From contig CP154954.1 of the NCBI GenBank assembly GCA_039621445.1, positions 40,045,572 through 40,109,571 on the forward strand: a stretch of 64,000 nt of DNA, given 5' to 3'. Positions 23,754 to 37,398 of the stretch are shown piece by piece. Source of the DNA: Euglena gracilis. Lineage: Eukaryota. The stretch's first letter is position 1; every line of letters starts with the position of its first letter. The notes under the pieces are model-generated. The model worked only from the letters and a program-made list of their open reading frames with translations, did not search any database and had not been told where the DNA came from. The translations under genes were made by a program, and so were the position numbers.

Positions 23754-24263
23754 GGCAGCTCCCAACTGTACGACCCGCGGGTCGGATAGTTGGGAGCGGG
23801 GGGGGGGGCATGGTGGGACCCAAATCCCACTTTTTGACTTTTCGGTCCCACGACGCCAGGAAAACGCGCGGTTTCCCGGCAACCGGTGGCGGATTCAGGG
23901 AGGGTTCCTGCTGAATTTTAGGAATAGGGTTAGGGTTAGGATTGGCGTGCCAAGAATCAGCCAAATTTAGGGAGTAAGTTAGGCCAGAGGTTAGGTCCTC
24001 ATTTCGGAAGATTTTTGAAAACGCATTTTCGTCCAAAATTTCGCCGAAAATTTGCCTAAATTTGGCCTAAATTCGGCCCAAATTCGTCCAGAATGCGGCC
24101 TAACTTCTCCCTAACTTCCCAAAAATGGGTGCCCTACGGCCCGCCGGCTGGATCCCTGACCCTATTCCAATCAAAACCCCGACTTCTTCCGAAAGGTCGG
24201 ACCTGGGTCCCACCATACGCCCCCCCCCCCCCCGCTCCCAACTATCTGACCGGCGGTCGTATA
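23754..24263. mobile_element. GGCAGC-terminal non-autonomous element, inverted relative to the 22454 copy
   Basis: Starts GGCAGCTCCCAACTG; the distal end matches the start of the 22454 copy in reverse but lacks the final bases. Confidence 0.7.
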
Positions 24264-24464
24264 ATGTACTTGTAAACAAGAACGTTGCCCCCCACGACGC
24301 CACTCCTCAGAGAACCCACATGGCTCGCTCAGTTGGGCAAGGAGGCCATCGGCCTAGCCAGGGGGTCCCACAGGGCGCCAAGGGCTTCCTGACCCCGGCA
24401 GGGTGTCCCCCGGCTGCGGGAGGGCCAGTCCTGGGCAAACACCGGTGGCCTCCAGGAGCTCAGA

Positions 24465-24680
24465 CCCAATCACGTCTGGTCACGTGCAGTCACACACAAT
24501 CACGCGCAGTCACGTCCGGTCACATGCAGTGACACACAATCACGCGCAGTCATGTCTGGTCACATGCATTCACACACAATCACTTGCAGTCACGCTGGTC
24601 ACGTGCAGTCACACACAATCGCGTGCAGTCACGTCCGATCACACACAGTCACACACAATCACGCGCAGTTGCGCCCGGTC
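24465..24680. repeat. Minisatellite built on CAGTCACACACAATCACGCG units
   Basis: Degenerate tandem GTCAC-based units visible directly. Confidence 0.8.
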
Positions 24681-25767
24681 AAGTTCCACACCCATTCAGT
24701 GTCACAGGTGCTTGGTCCCGGGGGCTGGGCAGAGGCTGGCAAGCATACAGCCCACTCCACAGCAACAATGCAGGCGCGCAGAGGAGGTGGGTATGCTCTC
24801 CCACCCCACACATCGCTCAAGAGGGCCATAAACAAACCAAGCTTACTCTGTTGATTGTTTTGTTCCCATCAGGGGATGCTCGAAAAACGTGCCACAAAAA
24901 ACACCAATAAATGCAAAAACAACTCAAAAAAAGTTGCACACATGAAATCCTTCAGGAGCTCCCAGCTCACCTCCTTCAGGGAAGATTTTCCACTGAGGGA
25001 AATATTCCCCTCAAACATTCAAAGCAAAATTTTTTGAAATAAAATGCAAAAAAATGCCAACAAAAAAGCAAAAAAAAAACGAAAAATGTAAATTGAATTG
25101 ATTTCCTTTCAGGAGCTCTCGGGGGCTGTACAATTTCCCGATCCTGAAGGGGTGCACACTTATGAGGGCACTGCGCAATTGTTAGGGTAAAGCACAAAAT
25201 ATATAATTTTCCCAGCTCTTTTTCAGGCTTTTCCCCTTCTTGTGATGTTAAGCAATGAGCCAAGTGATTATGTGTCAAATTTGGGCTCGGACGATGGAAG
25301 CATTTGGTCTGGGGAGGACAGTTAGTGGGCCTTCAGCATAATTGTGTGTGTTTTCCGACCGGGATATGATGGCGGTTTCTCTTTTTTGAGGGGGAGCACT
25401 TTTGGGGGGTTTTGGGGCACTTTTTAGGGAGGCAGTTTCGCACCCTTCGGGGGTGCGCACTGATCAGGGCACTGCGCATCTTTAGGGCACTGCGCACTTA
25501 TCAGGGGGCTCTACCACCCTTGAGCACTCCCCCCGGTCCTTGCCCATGTTTTTAGAAGGTCATCCTCTGGGGTGCCTCATTTTGCATGTGTTTTTAAAAG
25601 AGTTTTTAAGAGACATAAAAATTCGACAGTTCCGCAACTTCCGAAGATATCGGCGATCTTTTTCATACAAATTCCTGTAATTTCAACAGTGGACCCCTTT
25701 TCGGCACGAAGGACTGGATTTTTTTTAACATTCAGTTTCCCAGTTCCCCAGTTGTCAAAACACCCTC

Positions 25768-26214
25768 CAGGGGGGGGGGGATGCGCTCGCCCGGCCTCGG
25801 AAAAAAATGCGCAAAAATGCGCAAAAATGCGCAAAAAATGCGCAAAAAATGTGCAAAATCCGAGAAAAAATGCGCAAAAATCACGAAAATGCAAAAATTA
25901 CCCAAAAACATGCAAAAATAGCACCAAATTTGAAGAAATTATGTAGAATAATGAGGAAAATGTACGTTTCAAAAAAAGTCAAAAATTTCAAATTTTTGCA
26001 AAAAATTGCAAAAATGGTCAAAAAAATGCGAAAATTTTGGAAAATCACGAAAAAATGTGCCAAAAAACAAAAAAATGTGCTGAAAAAAACGAAAAAAATG
26101 CGCAAAAAATGCGAAAAAATGCGCAAAAAATGCGCACTTTTGGAAAATTTGAAAAAATGCGCAAAAAATGCGCAAAAATGCGAAAAAATGCGAAACGCAT
26201 TTCCCCCCCCCCTG
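25768..26214. mobile_element. MITE with CAGGGG termini, 7-bp TSD, AAAATGCGC-rich body
   Basis: CAG(G)nATGCG...CGCATTT(C)nTG flanked by CACCCTC (25761-25767, 26215-26221). Confidence 0.82.
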
Positions 26215-26927
26215 CACCCTCACCCCCCTGGTCCTCACCCATCCTTTCCGGTGCTGAGACATGGGAAGGAGAAGGTATATTTCATTTTGTAACTGTTGTT
26301 AATGTGAAATTGGTCCAAAAATGTGAAATATGCAACCTCCAGTTGTCTGGTTGAAGAGCAGTTTGCCTGTGCAAGTGTCCCCCCAGAAGACGGAAAAGCA
26401 AAATATGAATATGCAAAATAATGCAGAAAATGCGATTGTTTGCAATTTTTTTCGTAGTACGATTGCTTGTGAACTACGCCGGACGGCGGAGGTTGTTCCT
26501 TAGTGACGGCTCAAATGTTGACTACTGCCATATAAATCACAGGGTGTTTTACCCAAAGTGCGTTGCCTGTCCATGTGTTGGCACTACCCATTCCCCCTTT
26601 TATGAAACTGGAAAGGAATTGCTGGGGTGGAGGAACGGGGCTGGGAAGTGCTGCCACCATCCCATCCCTCCAAAAACTCCCCTTTGGCATCGACATGCCA
26701 TGGGTTTTGTGCAACAGGGCCTTGGAAAAAAAGCACCCGTCGCACCGACATTTTCAGGGAAGCGGAGCACTGGGTCAGGGGGGAGGGGTTCGAAGGGACA
26801 CAAAAACAGAGAAGTGGGCAAAAAAGCAGGAGAACCTGAGTGTCAAGGCCAGGATGGCTCTGCGTATGTGTGGGGGGGGGGGTGCAAGTGGGTGTGCCTG
26901 CAGCAAATGCACAGACACGCGCGACAA

Positions 26928-26930
<3 letters not shown>

Positions 26931-26961
<31 letters not shown>

Positions 26962-27020
26962 CATAACACATACACAGCACACGCACACACACACACACAC
27001 GCTCGCACGTGCACACATGC
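26931..27020. repeat. (CA)n microsatellite
   Basis: Direct inspection. Confidence 0.9.
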
Positions 27021-28180
27021 ATACACTTGCGCACACGGACTCATGCACACACAACACTTGCTGGCGTCTGAATGGGTGGGCGCACCAAGAAAAAATTCTG
27101 CCTCCAATAAAAGCCAGCCCCCCAGGAAAAAAACAAGTCAATTACCGAACCATTCTGGAAGCAAATGGGAAAAGAGAGAGACTGAAATTAACTTTGAGTG
27201 TGTTCTATGGTTTTGGAGTCACTTTGGAGGTCTGAGCAGCCGGCCGGCCTGTCTCTATGGGCTTGCCAGAACCTTCTTCCCAGCCAACGCGTTTTCCAAG
27301 CTGCAAGTCTTTAATGACTCTGTGGCAAAATGGGTTTTCTGATGGAAAAGCCTCCAAACCGCTTCATTTTCCAGCACCCTTTTTTCATCGGTTCCAACCT
27401 CTGTTTTCAAAAACATTGTGCACTTCGTGGCCAAAAAAATTTCAGCCAACCTGGTTGGGCTGAGTTTCACTCAATTTCAACTGACCCCCCAAATGGAGGA
27501 GGTCTGGCCGCTGAAAGCTTCTGGGACAATGAGAGCTCCCGCATCCGAAACCACCGCGGCACAGCGACTGAACACGGAACCGGGCCCCCGGCCAGCCGGT
27601 CCGCCGGCTTACCCGCGCAGCCGGAACCGGGCGCCGAGGCTCTGCAGGACCGCAGCCCGGCGCGTGGGCAGCGGCTCCGGGCTAGAGGCGGGCGGGGCGA
27701 CGATGCCCCCGTCAGGCTTCTTTTGAGGCCCCCCTCCTCCGAGGGGGTAAGGCCCAGATGCCCCTGGATGCTGACAGGCTGCGTTGGGACCCTCCCCCCG
27801 TCCCTTCCTTGGCAGGTTTCAAAAATAGTGAAAAATTTCTCCCCGTTGCACACCGGGAAATCAAAAAAGATGCCTTTCCCCCTCAGTTTTAAGCCTTATG
27901 AGGGATGAACCCCCTCTGTGTTGGGGGGGGGTCCAGGCCCACCACCCCCCTCCAGGGTTCCCTTACATCCCTCCTTCCCCAGCAGGAGGCCTGAGTGTGG
28001 GTTTCCGAGCAAAAGCCGAAACCCATGGAAATTTTCGGCTCAAAGCGACAAAAATTCTTTGGGAAATGCCTTTCAGACGGCCTGATTTGGGGGTCAGGAC
28101 CCATCCCCCACCACGTACCTCGAAACCGGAGGGCTTCCCTGAGGGGTCCAGGCCCGACGCCCCCCCGGGGGTCTTCCGCA

Positions 28181-30513
28181 TCAAGAAGACGCCTGGCCAC
28201 CGTCCGCCACGGAAGGGGAGGGCGACGGCGTCGGCGGGGTGGTAGGAGGCGGCGTGACGGTGTTGTTGAAGAGGGGGGCGATCCACTTGGCCCCGGGCCG
28301 GCCAAACGGGCGGAGCAACGGAGAGAGCCGGGGCTGCTCCCCCGCCCCCCCCCCCCCCGCCACTGCGCCGGGCAAGGGCCCCACCGTCAACCCCTGTACC
28401 TGCAGCGCTGGGAATTGAGGCTCGTCCGATGGGCAGCCCCGAACCCAAACACTGGTCAATGGGGTGTGAAGACCATTAGGGAGGGTATGGGATGGCAACT
28501 GCTGCGAGAGGAGAGCAGCGAAGGCTGGTGCCATCACGGCGGCAGTGCTCTCCAAGTATCAAAAAATATGGGCCTTGCAAGGGCTTGACTCGGACCCAAC
28601 CCACTACCCTTGGGTCCCCTCTGGGTGGGGGGGGGGTCAGTTAATTTCTTCAAAAACTGCGGCAGTTTTGCACTGAAAATCGGAGGACGCACAGGGTTGC
28701 ACAGAAAGGAGGTGTTGATGGAAAAAAATTCGGTGGAGGCGTTGATTGAAACCCTCCACCCGAGGAAGGAAGCCAAAAAAATTTCCTTCGGTGGAGAAGG
28801 CACCGAGGGGACGTAAAAAACCAGTGCCCCTGTAGAAGGAAAGAGTGGTGGTGATGAGTGTCGTCCCAGCAAGCCCGACTTCTCTTGTTGGGTGACAGGA
28901 TACCGCTCGACCAACATATCATTGCCACCGGAGCACAGGTTCGACCTGCAGCCGAAACGTTTTGAGGGCCGGCCCGCCCGAAATAGACGATGAGGAAGAC
29001 GGTCAGCGTGAGGACCAGGATGACGGCGATGATGATCAGCTTGTTCATGAGCGACCGCCGCTGGATCATGGACAGGATCTTGCGCGTCCGCGTCATCTGC
29101 AGCGGCGCATGGGGGGGGTCAGTCATACGCCGCCGGGCAGCGGACGACGGGGTCTGCGAGGCTGCCCGGGGACGCCGGTTCCTGAGGCCTGGCAAAAGGG
29201 CCCCAATCCACCGGCGGTGCAATCCTGCAGCCCGAAACTTTGAGGTACGCCTGGAAGAGAGCCAAACCCGGGAGGAAGGGGGGGTAGTCGGACCCCCTCC
29301 AAGCCCACCGCAACATCGCAAAGGTAAAGTCCTTTGGCTCCAAAAACACCCGGGGAAGGTCATGGCCTCAAAAACCGACGCCCCTGAATAAAGGGCCCCG
29401 AACCCCTCCCACCAAGGAGATGGGGGGGGGTCGGCGCGCCACCCATGGGATTCCTGTCAAGGGCAGCCAGGGTTTTTTAAGGCTGGGGAGAGAGGGGGGA
29501 CCTCCTCCCACCCACCCACCCCCTGGGGGGGGGGCAGGGGGGGTCCTGGGGGACCTTTCCCCGAAAAAGCCAAAAAAATCGCAAAAAATGCTAAGAATAA
29601 AAATTTCGAAAAATTTCGGTGCACTCGGGAGCCAAAAAGTATATCCCACCCCCCTCAGGGGGGACCCCCCCGTGGGGGGGGGGGTGGGGGGCTCGGCTGG
29701 ACCCACCCACCCTACCCCCCTGGGGTCCAAGGCTAAAAAAAAAAAAACCCTGAGCCCAGCCTCCCTCCTCCACGCGTACCCCTCCCACCAGGAGAGTTTC
29801 GAATCAACAAGCTTACAATGAAGGGATTGCAAAAAACATTCAAGCAAGGGGGGGTTTCGAGGGGGCGAATTGAACTGAACTCAGGGCACATACCGTGCTA
29901 CCATTTCTGTTGAAGAATTTCGCCACATTTCGATAGAATTTTGGTAGTTGTTCAGCTTTTCATTTCCAGGAAGCTCATGGGCACGGGTCTGTGTGATTTG
30001 TGCGGGTGGTTTGTGATTGCAGTCAGGGTCGCTACTGATAATTCTGGAAAAGACAGAACACCTCATCGAGGGAAACCCAACCCAACCCAACCCAACCCAC
30101 CCGCAAGCAGCCCCCCCCCCCCACACCTCCTGGTTGGTCTCCCGCACGGTGCCCAGCGTCCGCTCCATCCCCTCCCGCTGCTGCCGCAGGCGGCTGGACG
30201 TGTCCTCCCTGGCGGCCGGGGGGGGGGGGGTAGGTAGGGGCCGCCCGCGGCGGGGGACGGGCACGGCAGGGCGGGAAGGCCTGGTCCCCCCCCCCCGTGT
30301 GCATTGCGGCTGCCGTTAATCCCCTCTTTTGGCCTGTTGATGCTTTTCCGGTCAGACGCCTCCTCCCCCGGGAGGAGGCAGAGGGGGTGGGTCGACCCAC
30401 CACGCCACCACGCAAAGTGGGGCGGACCACCTCTCAACCCATAGGGGTTCGCATTCCCCATCAGGATGGAGGATGCCGCTGGTTTTGAGCTCTCCGACGT
30501 ACTTACACAAACA

Positions 30514-30554
<41 letters not shown>

Positions 30555-33225
30555 ACACCCACACACACCCACCCACACACCCACACCCACACCCACACCC
30601 ACACCCATGCACCCATGCATGCGTGTGCACGCGCACAAATTCACACACCCGAGGTCCTCCATCTCCGCCACTAGGCGGCGGGCGTTCTTCAGTGTCTCGT
30701 TCTGCTTGGACAAGCGGTCCGTGTTGGCCTGCAGCCGCTCCCTGCAACCATGGGGAACGGATGCCCAGGCCGCCACGAGGTTTCCAATGTTCTGTAGAGG
30801 GGGGAGGGGGAGGATGAACACACAACATCGACCTCAATAAATGCAGCCCTAAAAAGACAAATTGACGAAACAAACTCAAACTCACAAAGGCAGATTCCAT
30901 TTTTAGAACGACGCGGAAGGTCCATAGTGCAACAAAAAGTCGTCTTTTTTAAATTTTCGGAAATATGCACCTTCCATGGGTAAGCGGGCAAGCCCACAGC
31001 CCAGCCGGTCCCACAATCTGCAACGTCCCAATCACATGCGACGGGGCAATGGGGGGGGCAGAGACTGCCACCTGTGGTCCTCGTCCTGGGGCGAAATGTA
31101 GCGGTTTGCAGAGCCACCGACGAGCTCCTTCCGCCCTGCAGCAACACCAGCATCGAGAAGGGGTGGGTGGCTGGTGGGGGGGGGAGGGGGGAGGCTGCGA
31201 ATGGTGTGACCATCAGGCATAAGCCACGATCCCTGACTGGGAAGATCACTTCCGCTGACTGCTCGTCCAGGAGGGCCCAGCCCAGGGTTTGATATAAGGG
31301 CAGGTTGGGGGAGGTTGGGGGGGGGGCTCGGACCCCTCCTCCGGTCCAGCAGCAAGGGGGGGGGGGGACCCTCCTGCACAGTGGAACGGTCTGGATAGGT
31401 GGCCGACATTCGGCCGGGCAAAGCACCAGGCCGAATTTTTTTGCCCCTCAAAGTCGGCCAAAAGAACCATTTTGGGCACTTTGGGGGAAAATCTGCCAAA
31501 AATCCCCAAAATATTCCGCCCGAGCGCCAGAAGGGAAATTTGACCTTTGGGGGGGGGTCCCAGATACCCCTGGGTTAGTGGCAGGTGGGGGGTGCAAACC
31601 CAGTGACGACACATCGGGGGTTTTTTTCTTGGAAGCTTTCTTCTGTGAGCTGATTAAAAAAGAAATCAAATATTGATAAATTTTTAATTCTTTATTCTGA
31701 CTTTTGATATCAGAACGGAAATTTCTTTGAACGGAAATCTTTTCTGAAACGGTTTCTTTCAGAACAGAAATCTGTTAGGAACCTCAAGGAGAAGCAAAAA
31801 GAGCACAGAGTGACAAAGCTGTGAGGGAGAAACTCCCCCCTGGGAAGGTTCCGAACCTTGCTCGCTAATGAGCACTGCTCAGGCCCTCTATGTTTCCGCA
31901 ATTTCCGCAATTTTTGTTCAATTTTTTTTCTGGACTTGAACACTGAAGGTGCAATGAATTCCGGCCATTCCACAGATTGCTCAGAAGATGAGGTGGGAAA
32001 TTCAAACGTTTTTTTTTTTTGCACCTGTTTGCAATTTCTCCCAAATATGGCCCCTACACTACTGCATGCCTGTGGACACCACTGAACTCTGCTGAAAAAA
32101 AACAAGTAAAGTGAGCAACAACCTTAAAACCAATACCAACAAAACCTAATGCCAGTGTCTAAATGGAACCTTAATACCCCCACAGAATAATATCCTGGGT
32201 CTCCCTTTTGGGTCTGTTGCTGATAATCCCAAGGGGGATCTTATTTTGGAGGTCCACTTTTGATTTTGATGAAGAATTCGGCCGAAATAAAACTTTCCCG
32301 CAGGAGTGTCCGAAATAAGTCCAAAAAGAAGGATTTTGAGCAATGAGCAAAAATTGTCTCCAAAATGCCAATTTAAGCAAACTAAGGATGGGTAAAATTA
32401 AAACAAACTCAGATAAACACAGAAATCAACCAATTTTGGGGAGCATCTTCACAGTTTCATGGGGGTTTGGATTTTGGTTGAATTTTGGATTTGCTGTTGT
32501 ATTTTTGGGTCTGATATGCAGTTCCAATGAATTGTGCATTTCTTCGGCATCTGGGGTTGCCGGGCCGCCCCCCCCCCCCCCACGACCAGGACAGGGTTCG
32601 ACACAATGGACACACCTGCAGCTGTTTTTGCCTTTTCAAATTCCTTCTTCAGGTTGTTGGCATTGGCCTGGAAATTGCGGAGACGTACACTGAGCTGCTT
32701 GCAGGGCGTCGGGCAGAACTGTTCACCAGGGGAAACCAATGACAGACATCGTCCCCAGACATACGCACACTGAAATTACTGTTGGTGGGATCAACTTCTT
32801 TCACTGGCAGCCACTGCAAACCGACAACTGGACTTCTGAACGACTCCCCAAAACCCGCAGTCACGTCCACCCCCTCCACAACAGTAGCACACCCTGCAGC
32901 TGGGGTGTGTTCACTTTGTGCCATATGAGACCTCATCGGCAATGCGGCCTACCCAAGGGATGCTGCTGGTGAAAGAAAAAAAAAGCACCGCGCAACCCAG
33001 CGACCAGGGAAGAGCCCGGCGGCCTGCCCGGGCCTTCTTCGCGGCGGGCAGGCTGGCCAGCTCCACCTCCATGTTGCGCAGCGACTCCTGCAGCGTGGCG
33101 AACTTCGCCTCCAGTGCCCCGGCCTTGCTGCGGGCCGCGCCGGTCTGCAGGTCATTCAGGTCGCATGTGATCGCCCCGGAGAGGTCGCAGAACTCCCGCT
33201 CGTACGTCTCGAACAGCTCCGACAT
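28181..33225 (-). CDS. VTI1: VTI1-type Qb-SNARE, 7 exons
   Basis: Exons 33225-33030, 32696-32616, 31135-31072, 30741-30649, 30208-30127, 29096-28980 and 28288-28181 (last end uncertain) splice in frame. Protein: MSELFETYEREF (Habc), then RERLQANTDRL...LGEDTSSRLRQQREGM...KILSMIQRRSLMNKL (SNARE motif), then TM IIIAVILVLTLTVFLIVYFKW. Confidence 0.9.
30515..30607. repeat. (CA)n/(CACACC)n microsatellite in a VTI1 intron
   Basis: Direct inspection. Confidence 0.9.
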
Positions 33226-33232
33226 GGCGGGG

Positions 33233-33262
33233 GCTGCGGGGGGAGGGCGGCAAAAAACCAGC
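33233..33262 (-). promoter_or_regulatory. Putative trans-splice acceptor of VTI1
   Basis: Minus strand reads TTTTTTGCCGCCCTCCCCCCGCAG, then CCCCGCCATG. Confidence 0.5.
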
Positions 33263-34819
33263 ATGCCCCGCGGAATGTGCTCAAGCGCATCCGTCAGTCT
33301 CACAATGGGGCTGTCACAGGCACGGTTCGGACCAGCTCCGCAGCACCGTTCGAAAGGGTATACTCACTCCTGTCAGGAGCGGGCCATAGAACCCTCAAAC
33401 CCCAGAGCAGGCACAGACACTACTCCTTGACTGTCTCTTTTCGGTCCCCCTGTGGCCAGGCAGTGATATTGTATCCCGGCAGCAACGGATTTGGTAACAC
33501 AGTGGCATTCGAAACGAGGAGAGGAACGTCTCAAAGTTCCTCTTTGGATGGAAAGTGGTGTAGTGGTGTTGGCGTTGGCGTTCCAAGGGCTTTGCCTCGG
33601 GTCGCTGGGTGCTTCCTTAGATTATCCCATCATCTTCGAGATGCTTTGAAAAAAAATTGGTCGAACAAAACAGATGGTCGAAAATGCCCACAACATGGGG
33701 ATAGGCGTGCAGGCAGCCAAAAAATGACTACGGGGGGCAGATGGGGATGGCCATGCTTTTCTGCTGTCAGAACTCTGAGAGAAACAGCAGGTGGACTGCC
33801 CTTCTCCTGCAATGCAGAGAGAGGGGGAAATTGAAATTGCGGCCAGTGACAAAAAAAAGTGACACAGGAACAGTGGGCAGGCAGGCAGAACGGGAGACAC
33901 TTTTGCGGTAGGGTTTAGCTGGTCAATATCCGGCCACACTGTCAACTGACCATCCCGGGTGCCCAACTTGGACATGCACGGGAGTGGGGGAAAGTGCGAC
34001 ACCGGGCGACACAGTCCGCAGCCTGGCTGGGAGCTGCTGCCTGGCTGGACCCGCCCCCTGGGATTGGGTCCCTCCGGCTTAAGACAACCCTGACCCAGGG
34101 GAGGGGGGGGCTTTGGCTGCAGACCCATCAAACCAACCCAGGGCTGTACGGGAAGGCCTACTGAGGGGAGGTGGTTGGCCCGACCCCACCGCACCAAGGA
34201 AAATTTTTTCTTTGGCGTTGCAAGAAAAAATCAACCAGAAAATTGCCGCCCCTGGAAACACGGGAATGCCGCCGGATGTCCGGGGGGGGGGGGGTCAACC
34301 CCCCCAATAATGCAACGGGGTCCGCCAAATTTAAAAAGAAGCAGCCTGGCTTCAAAAACCCACACCTTTTTATTTGTCGACAAGCAAAAGATCCTTCGTC
34401 CGCTGTTTTGGACATTTCAGCAATTCTGAACCCCCCCACTTACAACCCCCCCCCAGGAAATAGGATCCTGTTTGGTGGTCGGCCCAAAGGGGGGCCACCA
34501 AATCATCATCAGCAAAAACATCAGCGAAATACATCACCCGTGCAACTTGCAAACACGGGTTCTGTACAAACATGGAGCCGAAAAATATTACGGGTCAAGG
34601 GCAGCACAATGAAGAGGGGGAAGTGAGACACTTGGCTGGATATCCCTCCCAAAGGCATCGACCCCTTAAAAAATAGAGCCTGGCAACAAAGAGGAAAAAC
34701 CCTCCCCGAATTTACGACCCCTGATGTCGCCAAGGAAAGAAGGCCCAGGTTTGATTTGGGGGTTAAGGTCAAAGGAGTCTCCCATCAAGCAAAGAAGGGA
34801 TGTGGGCGGCACAAGTGTC

Positions 34820-37363
34820 AAAACGGCCATCGCCGCAACGCTCCGAGGATCTTCTGCGCTCTGGTCATCTGCGATGACACGAGATGGAAGCCCCTGGGGG
34901 GCACTGTCCATTTCATCTCGCAAATGTAGCATTTTTTAGTGTTTTTTTTAATATTTTCCATTCACAAGTTTGCAAGAAGGCGAAATGTGTCAAATTCTCG
35001 CATATCATGGCGCTATTACCTAGACAGGTGGTGGCTTCCATATGACCGGGCAGAGGACGTCAAAACTATTCCGGGAGTGTTTCTGAGGTTGTTTGATCTT
35101 TTGAAGCATTGTTGCAGTCCACGCTTGGGGGGCCTTCGTTCCACTCGAAACAAATGACCACCAAATGAATGCATAATGGTTTGCGCACACCTCCTGGTCC
35201 GTCTCCCGCAGGGTGCCCAGCGTCTTCTCCATGCCCTCGCGTTGTGTGCGCAATCGCTGGGAGGTGTCTTCCCTGTGGAAAGTGGAGATGGTGGGGGATT
35301 TGAAGACGGAGAACAGGAGCTGCAAGGATGAATAGGACACTTAGTATAACGGGGAGGGGCTCCAAAGAACAGACCCTCGAAAAACATGCCAAAAAAACCA
35401 CAAAAATAAACGCAAATAAACACAAAAAACGTAAATTCAATCTAGAGCTTCCCCAGGATGTTCTGCTGGAGAGGACAGAAATTTTTTCATCTCCTCCAGG
35501 GAAATTTTTTATTTTGTTAAGAGACTTTGGGAACATGCTGGTCCTAAAAATAGGCAACTTTAGGGCAAAAGATCCAAAAATGACAAAAAAAAGGGGCCAA
35601 ATTGTGAAAATTTTCTGGGTCAAAAAATTTCCGAGCAAAAATTGCAAAATTGCTATTTGGAGGCACAACTTGAACTAAAGGATTTTTCCTTTGCCTGTGT
35701 TTGAAAATGCGCACACCGACATTTTTAGTGAAAATGACAACACCCTGGCTCCCGAAACCAATCAATGTAATCAGAATATGGTTTGGTGCCCCAGGACGCG
35801 GAGATGGAAACAAAGACTTTTCATGGTGCATGACACCCTGCATGTTTGTTTGGAACCTTTCAACGGCTGCATGGGATGTTGCTGGGTGCATGAGATGTTG
35901 CTGGCTGCATGGGATTTGGGGAGGTGAGACAAAGCTCAACGCAATGCCCCAAATTTTGACTTTATGAGAATTTAATATTTGGTGTGCGTTTGCACAAGTA
36001 TGTAAACGGGCAAACGAGCCAAACTCCACATACGCGAGCTAAAATTGGTGTGTTTGTGAAATTGTGGTTGGTTTGCTAAATTGGCGCACACCTGTGTGCG
36101 TCTGCACGAACCAACCACTTGCGTCGCTTCGCAAACGTGCCATTTGAAGTTGCGGCATTAATGCAGTTTGAAGATCCTTAAATATATTTTGATATGATCC
36201 TGAAATATATTCGAGATACCTTGTAGCACAACAACTAAAGCTCCAGCCTCCTGGGCCCGAATTTGACAGTTGAGTCAACGAAAACCCATTTCTTGGCACC
36301 TCAACCATTAAAATAAACGGCACTTTTAAATGTTATCCTGAAAGATTGAGTCAACAGGTCACTGGTAACAATCCTCCTGTGCTCTGTATCCCCCTCATCA
36401 ACCACCAGTGGAGTTCTCTAACAGCCCGTTACTACCGACTTTATTCGTGACGTGTGAATTTCCACTCCTTTTGTAACAACTTCAAAAACCTCCACAACGT
36501 GCGCCAGGGCTTCAGAAAGCAGGCAAAGGGGTGGACCTGTCGCCCCACCTCCCACCACCCGGCACTGGCAGTTGTCACACAGGAAAGGGGGGAGGTGATG
36601 ACCGGGGTTTCAGTGTGGTATGGCGAATGTATCAGTTTGCGGGGTCAATCGGGTTTCACAACTCGGCGACGTGTTATATATATACATATATATGTATATA
36701 TGTATATATATATATATATGGCAAGACTAACTCACTGGGCCCCCCCGGGAGGGGTCCCAGTAGTTGTTCCTACCGGGGACTTCGGCTGCCCAGGTGAAAC
36801 TACTGGGCCCCCTCCATATTTTCCCAGGGAAATCCGGGCCCCGGCGAAAATTTTTATTGAAGACTGAGTATGGTTGGGGTTCATTTCAGGAGTAGGGTTA
36901 GGGTTAATGTTAGGGTTAGGGTCAGGGTTCGGGTTAGGGTTAAGATTTGGGTGAGGGTTAGGGGAAATCAGGCAGTTGGGCCAGATTGCGGCCGAATTTC
37001 GGCCAAATTTCCAAGACACTTTTAATAATGAATTTCGACCCAATTTCGCGCTAACTTTTTTCCTAAATCGTAACCCTAACCCTAATCCAAACCTTAACCC
37101 CAACCCTACCCTACCCCCTAAAATAACGGAAATACGGAAAATCGGGGTGCGAAATCCAAAACTTTGAGTTGGTGAAAGAAGTGGGACCCCCGCCCCCAGA
37201 TTAAACTACTGGGACCCCCCTGGGGGGGGGCAGTAAATTAGCCTTGCCATATATATACACACACATATATATACATATATATATAACGAAGGTTATATAT
37301 ATATATATATATATTTATATAAACATATATATACATATATACATATGTATGTGTGAAATGTGT

Positions 37364-37398
<35 letters not shown>

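Noticed and set aside
25807-26354. K/C/A-rich ORFs (also 4850-5660)
   Set aside because: Translation of AAAATGCGC repeats in a MITE.
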